From assembly GCA_964589455.1 (NCBI GenBank), contig CAZPTC010000001.1:1-43779 (forward strand): a stretch of DNA of 43,779 bases. The letters run 5' to 3'. The stretch's first letter is position 1; each line of letters opens with the position of its first letter. Below, in pieces: positions 26,286 through 34,025 of the stretch. Origin of the DNA: an uncultured Desulfovibrionaceae bacterium. Lineage in GTDB: Bacteria; Desulfobacterota; Desulfovibrionia; Desulfovibrionales; Desulfovibrionaceae. A program made the position numbers and the translations under genes. The notes beneath the pieces were generated by a model that saw nothing but the letters and a program-made list of their open reading frames with translations, was not told the origin of the DNA and did not search any database.

Positions 26286-27224
26286 ATGATTTCTTGCCCA
26301 CTATGCAAAAGCACAGATTTGCAATTAATTGAACAAATTTCTACAAGCCACTTGGCGCAAATGTATGCGAATGCATTCCAGCTTGATATACGGCAAGTTT
26401 TTAATGGTACTCCTGAAGTTTCCTATGTGCAATGCGGCAACTGTGACCTGCGCTTTTTTTTCCCATTTTTTTTAGGAAATGATGAATTTTATCATCACCT
26501 CGCCAGGCAGCCATACTATTACCAAGGAGATAAATGGGAATTTGCCCTGGCAAGAACATATATAAAACCAGAGTATGCAGTTTTAGAAGTAGGCTGCGGA
26601 ATGGGGGCTTTTGCCCAAAACTTACAGTGTTTTTCCTATACAGGGATTGAGCTTTCGCCAGGAAACCTTCCTGCATCTACTCCCAGCCAGTCTTTTTTAT
26701 GTGAAAGCATAGAAAACTACGCGCTTAACCACCCCAACTCCCACGATATAGTTGTTTCTTTTCAAGTTTTAGAGCATATAGCAGATATATATGCGTTTAT
26801 TCAAGCCTGTGTAGATGCTCTTAAACCAGGTGGAATTCTGCTTTTTGGCGTGCCAAGTGCACAAACTTCGCACCAGTTTTTTTGTAACCATGTACTGGAC
26901 TTGCCACCCCACCATCAAAGCAGATGGACAGACAAAGCCCTTATTTCTATAGGGGAAATTTTTGGCCTTACCCATTTAGGTTTTTCGCGTGAGCCTTTGT
27001 CTAACCCAGGAGACGCCGCTTTTTACTTAACACTGGGTCTGCTAAGAGCAGAAAATCGCCTTAATCCTGCCGCACTGGTAGACCTTAGCCCAACACATGC
27101 CTATTTATGCGAGCGCGCTTTAGGCATCATACCCCACGCCACATCCGTGTATAATCATATTTTGCGGCATGAATATGCCCACTGCGTTGTATCTATATAC
27201 CAAAAACCGCAACTTAAAGTATAG
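26286..27224 (+). CDS. Class I SAM-dependent methyltransferase with N-terminal CxxC...CxxC zinc ribbon
   Basis: CPLCKS...CGNC; VLEVGCGMGAF motif I; VVSFQVLEHI; LKPGGILLF. The start could be GTG 26280. Confidence 0.75.
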   Translation: MISCPLCKSTDLQLIEQISTSHLAQMYANAFQLDIRQVFNGTPEVSYVQCGNCDLRFFFPFFLGNDEFYHHLARQPYYYQGDKWEFALARTYIKPEYAVLEVGCGMGAFAQNLQCFSYTGIELSPGNLPASTPSQSFLCESIENYALNHPNSHDIVVSFQVLEHIADIYAFIQACVDALKPGGILLFGVPSAQTSHQFFCNHVLDLPPHHQSRWTDKALISIGEIFGLTHLGFSREPLSNPGDAAFYLTLGLLRAENRLNPAALVDLSPTHAYLCERALGIIPHATSVYNHILRHEYAHCVVSIYQKPQLKV

Positions 27225-27278
27225 TGTCAGCACAGCGTGGCAGCGTATTGACCAAAAGGCTCCTTGTGGCATCATATT

Positions 27279-28097
27279 TTACCAGCTTAACACATCATTT
27301 TTATCAATCTTTGTAAAAAACAATGGGTTGTCAAAGGGGTTGTTGTAATCAAATCCGTATGGGTTTATAGCAAGCTTTTTGCCACTCCATAATATCTTGT
27401 AGTCACTTTGCTGAATTGTCAAAATATCCGGCACGTCTCCAATACGTTCAGCAAGTATAAAAAGCGAACATGGGTTAACACCTGTAAATGGAATTTCTAC
27501 CCTTTGCAGTATAACCTGCGGGTCTGCAATTTTATACCACACGTCATCATATAATGTTGTTGCAATAACATATTTGAGTTTATAGCCATTTTCTTTTATA
27601 AAAAGGGAAAAATACAAATCCGGCGAAAACTGATAAAAACCATGCCCAAACTGGTTATTTGAGGGTGTCATGAGTAAAAGATGCCCACCAAGCGCCACCA
27701 TATCCATAGCATTTTTAAGGGCCACAGGGTAATTAAACACATGCTCTAGTGTACCGCCATCCAGCACTAAAGAATACTGGCTTTTCCAATCATCTGGTAT
27801 AGGGGTATTCATATCATGGATGAAGGTTGGGTTTTCATAATCCCCAAAATCAAAAGAATGGATGCACTGGGCACCTAATTCTTCAAAAAGCTTTTCCGCA
27901 TAAACACTGCCATCTTCCTCCCGTAAGGAAAAAATAGCTTCAGGTGACAGAGCAGTGCCATATATGCTATTTAAAGACTGAATAGCTTGGGGGCTACAAA
28001 AAACAGTTTGTCTGCCAAGCATGGCAGCTTTTGTATATACAACACCCTTTTTTTGGGCAAAAAGCATTTGCTGAACAGAATCAAGAATTAAACCCAT
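27279..28097 (-). CDS. Methyltransferase-like protein (class I fold, degenerate motif I)
   Basis: LVLDGGTLEHVFNYPVALKNAMDMVALGGHLLLMTP resembles methyltransferase motifs II-III. ATG 28097 is preceded by GAGGG. The track GTG at 28130 lacks an RBS. Confidence 0.45.
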   Translation of the reverse strand: MGLILDSVQQMLFAQKKGVVYTKAAMLGRQTVFCSPQAIQSLNSIYGTALSPEAIFSLREEDGSVYAEKLFEELGAQCIHSFDFGDYENPTFIHDMNTPIPDDWKSQYSLVLDGGTLEHVFNYPVALKNAMDMVALGGHLLLMTPSNNQFGHGFYQFSPDLYFSLFIKENGYKLKYVIATTLYDDVWYKIADPQVILQRVEIPFTGVNPCSLFILAERIGDVPDILTIQQSDYKILWSGKKLAINPYGFDYNNPFDNPLFFTKIDKNDVLSW

Positions 28098-28151
28098 AGC
28101 AAGACCCTCACTAATTTTTGGCCAGCCCACTTTGGAAAAAAGCAGGCAATT

Positions 28152-29027
28152 TTAGCTATAACACGCCGCAATGCCTGCTTTATGCGCCTGCACAAATACC
28201 TGTTCTGCATACACAAAGTGGGGCAATACGGGGTTTTCTTTTGCATGTGTTATACCTTGCCCTGCTAAATTAATACTGCCAGAACCTATACTGGAAACTT
28301 CCGAACCAATATTCATGCTGTATGGAAAAAATGGTGTAAGGCTAAGCTGCCCATGCCTGAACCTGTGAAAATCCATAACAATATCCCAGCCAATAGTGGG
28401 GGCACGCAGGGTAGAAAGCAGCATAGCCGCCATATCATCCCCACCCTGGTTAAACGCTTCTATAAGAAATGGGTATTGTTCCATTTCAAAAGCTGCACTG
28501 CCTGTCCAGTCAATATTTTTTACCCTGTCTGACCAAGAGGCCCAGCCCCATATATGCGCACGGGGGCAAAACCAGGCATCCCAGGGGTAATTGCTTGGAA
28601 TTTTCATAGCTGGTGGGCACCAACCATTCACACTAAAAACAGTTTTTTCTTCTGCATATTTTTCTAAAGCCGCGTTAAAATACCGCAAGGTGTAGGGCGA
28701 AAACAAGACATCGTCTTCTAAAAAAATAAATGCCGGGGAAAGGCTTGCCATAGTATTAACAACATACCTGTGCATGTGGCAGGCCCCAATATTGTGCTGC
28801 GGAAAATAATACCTGACAGACGCAAAGCTTTGCTGCACATAGTCACACATGCTCAGCGCCTTTACATGGTCTACTGCCTGCTGTTCTTCAGGAAAGCGCG
28901 GTGCGTCTATAAAAACATGCAAAACATGTTGCTTTGCACCTTCAGCCTCGCACAGGGCTTTAAGGGTTATATCCACTGTTTGTGGTCTGTTAAACGCCAT
29001 ATAAGCAATAGGTACTGGCCCAAGCAT
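28152..29027 (-). CDS. GT-A fold glycosyltransferase (GNT-I/GT13-like, EDD motif)
   Basis: IAYMAFNRP...VFIDAP, LEDDVLFSP, WGWASW. A strong RBS (GGGGAGGG) precedes ATG 29027. Confidence 0.55.
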   Translation of the reverse strand: MLGPVPIAYMAFNRPQTVDITLKALCEAEGAKQHVLHVFIDAPRFPEEQQAVDHVKALSMCDYVQQSFASVRYYFPQHNIGACHMHRYVVNTMASLSPAFIFLEDDVLFSPYTLRYFNAALEKYAEEKTVFSVNGWCPPAMKIPSNYPWDAWFCPRAHIWGWASWSDRVKNIDWTGSAAFEMEQYPFLIEAFNQGGDDMAAMLLSTLRAPTIGWDIVMDFHRFRHGQLSLTPFFPYSMNIGSEVSSIGSGSINLAGQGITHAKENPVLPHFVYAEQVFVQAHKAGIAACYS

Positions 29028-29078
29028 ATTCCCTCCCCATTCTGCCGCTTGGAAAAAAAGCAGTGCGTGTTTTTAATA

Positions 29079-29094
29079 TGCAAGCTTTGTGCCA
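29079..29094 (-). promoter_or_regulatory. Sigma-54 (-24/-12) promoter, perfect consensus
   Basis: The minus strand reads TGGCAC-AAAGC-TTGCA. It lies 52-67 nt upstream of ATG 29027, giving a predicted 5' UTR of about 40 nt. It is divergent from the HK/NtrC-type operon. Confidence 0.75.
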
Positions 29095-29218
29095 CATTAA
29101 TCGCATATTTGGGCATTTTTTTGCCAAGCTTGACTTTACCCCCAAAAAGACACACAATTATTCATCAACTTTTTCCACCTTTTCTGAACATTGTCCAGCG
29201 AATTTTCGCAAGCCCCCT

Positions 29219-30661
29219 ATGTCCAAGCCCTTTTCTTCCAGCTCCAGCCTGCCATTTTCTATGGCCCGCGTACTTTCGTGGGTTATGCTTATCCTTGTGC
29301 TGGCCTCCAGCCTGTTCCTTTCCTTTTTTATTTCCAACACCATGCGCACGGCACTTATTAACAGCCAGGAAGAATACGCCCTTTTGCTTGCCCAGAATAT
29401 GAACAAGCAAATATTCAGGCGCTTTACCTTACCTGTTGCCATGGCTTCCGGCCGTGTGGCCTTGGCAGACCCAGACCAATACCGCCTTTTGGATGAAGTG
29501 GTGCTTTCCCTTATGCATGGTCTGCAAATTGACCGCATACGCATTTATGACGAAAATTTGGCGGTCACCTACTCTACAGACAAAGAAGAAGTAGGCCGCC
29601 TTGACCTTGCCACACCCGGCATTTCCTACATATTTGAAGGCACGCCCAACCATTTTGATGTTATTTCCCGCACAGATTCCACACGCGCCTTTTTCAGTCC
29701 AACCCTAGAACCCGGCAGTTTTTTGCTGCGCACCGTGTACCCATTAAGCATTGACCAAGAGCTTGGCTTATATACAGACGAAGCCCCGGTTTTAGGTGCT
29801 TTGGAAATTATACAGGATGTCACCAGCCATTACGCCATTGTCACGCGCTCTATGTGGCTTGTGCTTCTGGGTTTTACCATTTCTTCTCTGGTGCTTTTTA
29901 TTATTATCCAGTTTGTGGCGCGCAAGGCAGAAGCCACCCTGAGCGAGCGTATGGCCAGAACCCGCCAGCTTGAGGCTGAACTGCACCAAAGCGAAAAAAT
30001 GGCCACTATGGGGCATATGGTGGCCTCTATTGCACATGAAATACGTAACCCTCTTGGCATTATACGCTCCAGTTCTGAGTTTATGTTAACCCGCAATAAA
30101 CAAAAGCAAACCATTGATGCTTCCGTTATCCCCATGCTGGAAGCTATTTACGATGAATCCTGCCGCCTTGGCACCACAGTGAATGACTTTTTGGACTACG
30201 CACGCCCGCGCGACCCCAACCTGCAACCTGTCAATATATTGCAGCTTATCCAAAAAGCTCTGCTTTTTTTGCAGAATGAGTTTGAGGCAAGCGCTATAAC
30301 AGTTGACCTCCATGTGCCAGAAAATCTCATGATAGATGCAGATGCAGACTTGCTCTACCGCGCAATTTACAATATCCTTGTTAACGCGCAGCAGGCAATA
30401 GGGAAGGAAGGCAATATATCTGTGCGCGGCCATAGCGAAAAAGGCGGGGTATACCTTGTCTTTTTGGATACTGGCCCAGGTTTTCCGCCAGATTTTCTTA
30501 AAAAACCCATTGAACCTTTCTTCACCACCAAAGATACTGGCACTGGGCTTGGCCTTTCTATTGTGCAAGCCATTATCCAATCACACGGGGCAACACTTTC
30601 TCTTGATAATACAGATGAACACAACGCAAGTGTGACCATATTTTTTCCCAGCAAACGCTGA
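29219..30661 (+). CDS. Sensor histidine kinase (NtrB/AtoS-like; 2 TM plus periplasmic domain, HisKA, HATPase_c)
   Basis: H-box ASIAHEIRNPLGII, N-box NILVNAQQA, G-box GTGLGLSIVQAI. The start is uncertain (29219 or 29261); the track start is 29063. Confidence 0.85.
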   Translation: MSKPFSSSSSLPFSMARVLSWVMLILVLASSLFLSFFISNTMRTALINSQEEYALLLAQNMNKQIFRRFTLPVAMASGRVALADPDQYRLLDEVVLSLMHGLQIDRIRIYDENLAVTYSTDKEEVGRLDLATPGISYIFEGTPNHFDVISRTDSTRAFFSPTLEPGSFLLRTVYPLSIDQELGLYTDEAPVLGALEIIQDVTSHYAIVTRSMWLVLLGFTISSLVLFIIIQFVARKAEATLSERMARTRQLEAELHQSEKMATMGHMVASIAHEIRNPLGIIRSSSEFMLTRNKQKQTIDASVIPMLEAIYDESCRLGTTVNDFLDYARPRDPNLQPVNILQLIQKALLFLQNEFEASAITVDLHVPENLMIDADADLLYRAIYNILVNAQQAIGKEGNISVRGHSEKGGVYLVFLDTGPGFPPDFLKKPIEPFFTTKDTGTGLGLSIVQAIIQSHGATLSLDNTDEHNASVTIFFPSKR

Positions 30662-30679
30662 TACGCCAAGGCTTATTCT

Positions 30680-32059
30680 ATGAGTGACACAGCCCATATC
30701 CTTATTGTGGACGATGAAAAAAACTATTTGCTTATATTAGGCGCCATTTTAGAAGATGCCGGCTATAAGATAACTTCCCTTTCAGACCCAGAAATGGCAC
30801 TGGCCTTTTTGGACGACTCGGAAGTGGATGTTGTTATCACAGATATGAAAATGCCCAAGCTCACTGGCAAGGAGCTTTTGCAGGCCATTAAGAAAAAGCT
30901 GCCCCATATACCTGTGCTTATTATGACGGCTTTTGGCTCTATTGAAAGCGCGGTAGAAGCCATGCGGGATGGCGCGTTTGACTACATAACCAAGCCCTTT
31001 GCCAATGATGAAATTATTCTTTCTGTGCATAATGCGGTTGCCCTTTCTAAAGCGCACCAGCAATACCACCTTTTACAGCAAAACTTAGAAGAACGGTACA
31101 GCACCCACCAGATTATAGGCAATTCCAAAGCCATACGCGATACCCTAAGCCTTGTAGACCGTGTTTCCCAAAGCCGCTCAACTGTGCTTATAACCGGGGA
31201 ATCCGGCACAGGGAAAGAGCTTATTGCCCGTGCCATACACTTTTCTTCTGCGCGTAAAGACGCACCTTTTATTTCTGTAAACTGTCTGGCCTTTAACCAG
31301 GGCGTGCTGGAAAGTGAACTTTTTGGCCATGAAAAAGGCAGTTTTACAGGCGCAACAGCCATGCGACGCGGCAGGTTTGAGCAAGCCAACCACGGCACCC
31401 TTTTTCTGGATGAAGTAGGGGAGCTTGGGCTGGATTTGCAGGTAAAACTTTTGCGTGTGCTGCAGGAACGCACCTTTGAGCGTGTGGGCGGCACAGACCA
31501 GGTAGATGTAGATATACGCATTGTGGCTGCCACCAATAAGTCTTTAGAAACCTTAGTGCAGGAAGGCAAATTTAGGGAAGATCTTTTTTACCGCCTCAAT
31601 GTGGTACAAATACATATACCCCCTTTGCGGGAAAGAAGGGAAGATATACCCTTGCTGGTTTCCCACTTCAGCCAGAAAATTGCGGCAGAAAACACCATAC
31701 CCCCCAAAACATTCACGCAGGAAGCCCTTAACTACCTTACAGGGTACGAGTGGCCGGGCAATATACGCCAGTTGCAAAATGTGGTAGAGCGCTGCATGGT
31801 TATGGTGCCAAGCATTAATATAACAGTGGACGAACTGCCCCCGGAAATAAAGGACGAGGAAGCCCAGTTTAAAAGCGCGGTAGACCTTTTGCCTATTGAA
31901 TTAAATCTGGCGGACACTATGGATAAAATAGAAGCCGCCCTTATACGCCGCGCCCTTGTGCGCAGTGACTTTGTACAGGCCAATGCCGCTGACCTTTTGG
32001 GAATTTCCCGCAGTCTTATCCAGTACAAGCTGAAAAAATACAATATTATGGGGCACTAG
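30680..32059 (+). CDS. Sigma-54-dependent response regulator (NtrC family)
   Basis: Receiver (ILIVDDE ... DMKMP), AAA+ domain (GESGTGKE, ESELFGHEKGSFTGA, the GAFTGA-type loop), C-terminal Fis-type HTH. Confidence 0.92.
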   Translation: MSDTAHILIVDDEKNYLLILGAILEDAGYKITSLSDPEMALAFLDDSEVDVVITDMKMPKLTGKELLQAIKKKLPHIPVLIMTAFGSIESAVEAMRDGAFDYITKPFANDEIILSVHNAVALSKAHQQYHLLQQNLEERYSTHQIIGNSKAIRDTLSLVDRVSQSRSTVLITGESGTGKELIARAIHFSSARKDAPFISVNCLAFNQGVLESELFGHEKGSFTGATAMRRGRFEQANHGTLFLDEVGELGLDLQVKLLRVLQERTFERVGGTDQVDVDIRIVAATNKSLETLVQEGKFREDLFYRLNVVQIHIPPLRERREDIPLLVSHFSQKIAAENTIPPKTFTQEALNYLTGYEWPGNIRQLQNVVERCMVMVPSINITVDELPPEIKDEEAQFKSAVDLLPIELNLADTMDKIEAALIRRALVRSDFVQANAADLLGISRSLIQYKLKKYNIMGH

Positions 32060-32082
32060 GCTCAGTTTTTTTCTTGGAACAA

Positions 32083-32118
32083 AAAAAGGCAGATATATAG
32101 ATATATACCTGCCTTTTT
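32083..32118. terminator. Bidirectional intrinsic terminator
   Basis: AAAAAGGCAG, 16-nt AT loop, CTGCCTTTTT, between the convergent NtrC-type and HlyD-like genes. Confidence 0.7.
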
Positions 32119-32140
32119 ATATGTCATTGTACAATATTTT

Positions 32141-33226
32141 TTAGCGTATACGCACAGACACTTCTGCCATTTGCCCTGGGTATACCATAGTATTTTCCGG
32201 TAATTCCAAAATCTGCACCCTTGCTTCCCCACTGCCATCATCAAGCGGTGCAAGAGACTGTATATTCCCTTGCAGCTCTGTGCCATTTTCCAGCTTTACA
32301 CTGGCTTTAAGGCCTGCTTGAAGTTTGGGGAATGTATTGGCATCAAATGCGGCACGTACCCATAAGCCGGGAGCTGTATCTTTATTTTGCCCGAATGTGG
32401 CGTTCCCTGCCTGGCTTTGGGTAATAAGCGGGCTGATAAGCCCAATGGCCTGATCACCCGCAATATATTCCCCCTTACCCAAAGAAAAGTTCTGCACTAT
32501 GCCGCTAAGAGGCGCTGCTACAGTGGCCTCATACAAGCGGTTTTGGGCTTCTTCCACACGGCCCTGCCACAGGGCAAGCTGGGCCACACTGTTTTCTTGG
32601 GCTGGCATTTTCAGGCTGGCGTGTATATGGGCGTAGCTGGCTTCCGCGTGTATGCGGTTTTGGGTGGCTTTTTCCGCTTCTTCTCTTGCGGCTTCTACCA
32701 ATATACGCGCTTCGTGCTCTGCATTTGCAAGGGCGGTTTTATCAGCGTTTTGCGGGTTACGCAGGGCCATAAGCCTGCGGCTGTGCTCTGCCACATAATA
32801 GGCAAGCTTGTCAGAGGCTGCGCGCTCCTGGTTTTGCGCAATGCGCAGGTTTTCTGCGGCCTGTATGTCCGCCTGCTTCAAATTTGGGTCTTGGCTGGCC
32901 GGGGTGCTTTTGCCCTGGCTGGCAAGGTTAAGCCCCGCAAGGGCTTCGTTCAGGGCGGCTTTAAGAGGCTCAGCGTCATAAAGAAAAAGCATTTGCCCTT
33001 TTTCTACAAAGTCCCCGTTTTTAACCAAAACTTCCGCCACTGTACCGCCAAAGGGCGCGCTTACTGGGTAGACGTTGCCCTCCACCTGCGCTATAGTGCT
33101 TTTTACACTGCTGCCGGCAAATTGCCATAAAAGCAGGGCAAGAAAAGCAAGCAGCAACACAAGGAATATTTTTTTATGTTGCCGTTTTTCTTCCACAGGC
33201 GGCAAGGCTAGGGGCTGCTGATCCAT
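32141..33226 (-). CDS. HlyD-family membrane fusion / periplasmic adaptor protein (orphan)
   Basis: N-terminal TM, lipoyl-like hairpin halves (VSAPFGGTVAEVLVKNGDFVEKGQ ... VAAPLSGIVQNF), a coiled-coil middle and a beta-barrel C-terminus. Start taken at MDQQP (33226). The track extension to 33712 overlaps the divergent lipoprotein gene. Confidence 0.8.
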   Translation of the reverse strand: MDQQPLALPPVEEKRQHKKIFLVLLLAFLALLLWQFAGSSVKSTIAQVEGNVYPVSAPFGGTVAEVLVKNGDFVEKGQMLFLYDAEPLKAALNEALAGLNLASQGKSTPASQDPNLKQADIQAAENLRIAQNQERAASDKLAYYVAEHSRRLMALRNPQNADKTALANAEHEARILVEAAREEAEKATQNRIHAEASYAHIHASLKMPAQENSVAQLALWQGRVEEAQNRLYEATVAAPLSGIVQNFSLGKGEYIAGDQAIGLISPLITQSQAGNATFGQNKDTAPGLWVRAAFDANTFPKLQAGLKASVKLENGTELQGNIQSLAPLDDGSGEARVQILELPENTMVYPGQMAEVSVRIR

Positions 33227-33276
33227 AAAGTTCACTACCTTCTTTAAGTCAAAAAAATGTTCTTTTTCCTTATTCT

Positions 33277-33292
33277 TGCAAATTTTGTTCCA
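33277..33292 (-). promoter_or_regulatory. Sigma-54 (-24/-12) promoter candidate for the HlyD-like gene
   Basis: The minus strand reads TGGAAC-AAAAT-TTGCA (one mismatch to TGGCAC-N5-TTGCA), 51-66 nt upstream of ATG 33226. Confidence 0.6.
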
Positions 33293-33302
33293 AGAGGCTT
33301 GT

Positions 33303-34013
33303 ATGCGTCGCTTTTTTTCTACTCTTTTTCTGCCTTTTTTCCTTTTTGGATGCGCTGTGCCAGAAAGCAGGGTATCCATTAACCCTATAGATACCACAGA
33401 ATTTAACGCCATGCTGCCTGTGCTTGCCCCTGTTTTGCGGGAAAAAGGCGTTCTGGACAGCCAGGATACCTGGTATGAACCGGTCTTTTCCTTTAGCACA
33501 TTCGGGGATGCTGGGAATGCGGGGGAAATTTTACTGCAAAGGCTTTCCCCGGCATTCAGGTTCCCGCAGGTAGAAAAAAGCCTCATACCGCACACATTTG
33601 CCGCACTTTTTGGGGAAAATGCCCAGGTAGTGGTAACAAAAACAGGCTTTGAGGCAAAGGTTGGCCTTGATACTGCAGAGGCTGCCTTAGTGGCCCTTAC
33701 AGACTGGAACAAGGACGGTACGGAAGACTGGCTTGTGGTATGCCGCGTTAAGCCCTCAAGTGTTGCCCAGGCCGTGCGGGAATACTATGTGGTGATAACA
33801 GACCTTACCCCGCAAGTCTTAGAACCCCAAGTTATTTTAGTGCATGACTGCCTTATGGGCACATGCGCAAGCGGTGTGCAAGCCCCTATGTCTTTTTCTG
33901 ATACTATGGCATTAGAAGTGGAAACAGGTCAAACGGCTGTTACTGCCCCGCCGCCTGCCTCCAATGCCCCTAAAGAGCAGAACCCAGTACCCAAAAGTAA
34001 ACTTACGCAGTAA
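33303..34013 (+). CDS. Lipoprotein of unknown function
   Basis: MRRFFSTLFLPFFLFGC lipobox. A DWNKDGTEDW segment resembles an FG-GAP/Ca-binding motif. AAGAGG RBS. It ends 12 nt before polA. Confidence 0.65.
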   Translation: MRRFFSTLFLPFFLFGCAVPESRVSINPIDTTEFNAMLPVLAPVLREKGVLDSQDTWYEPVFSFSTFGDAGNAGEILLQRLSPAFRFPQVEKSLIPHTFAALFGENAQVVVTKTGFEAKVGLDTAEAALVALTDWNKDGTEDWLVVCRVKPSSVAQAVREYYVVITDLTPQVLEPQVILVHDCLMGTCASGVQAPMSFSDTMALEVETGQTAVTAPPPASNAPKEQNPVPKSKLTQ

Positions 34014-34025
34014 TGGGGTAGCACT

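Noticed and set aside
29110-29125. Plus-strand TGGGCA-TTTTT-TTGC upstream of the sensor kinase as a divergent sigma-54 promoter
   Set aside because: Only TGG and TTGC match, which is chance-level. It lies 16 nt from the perfect minus-strand promoter and may instead be part of an imperfect dyad. It is kept only as a note under the GT-operon finding.
33369-33393. GGTATC-N13-GATACC inverted repeat about 80-100 nt upstream of the HlyD sigma-54 promoter as an activator binding site
   Set aside because: A 6-bp inverted repeat with a long spacer inside coding sequence is easily produced by chance. There is no second site and no known consensus to compare with.
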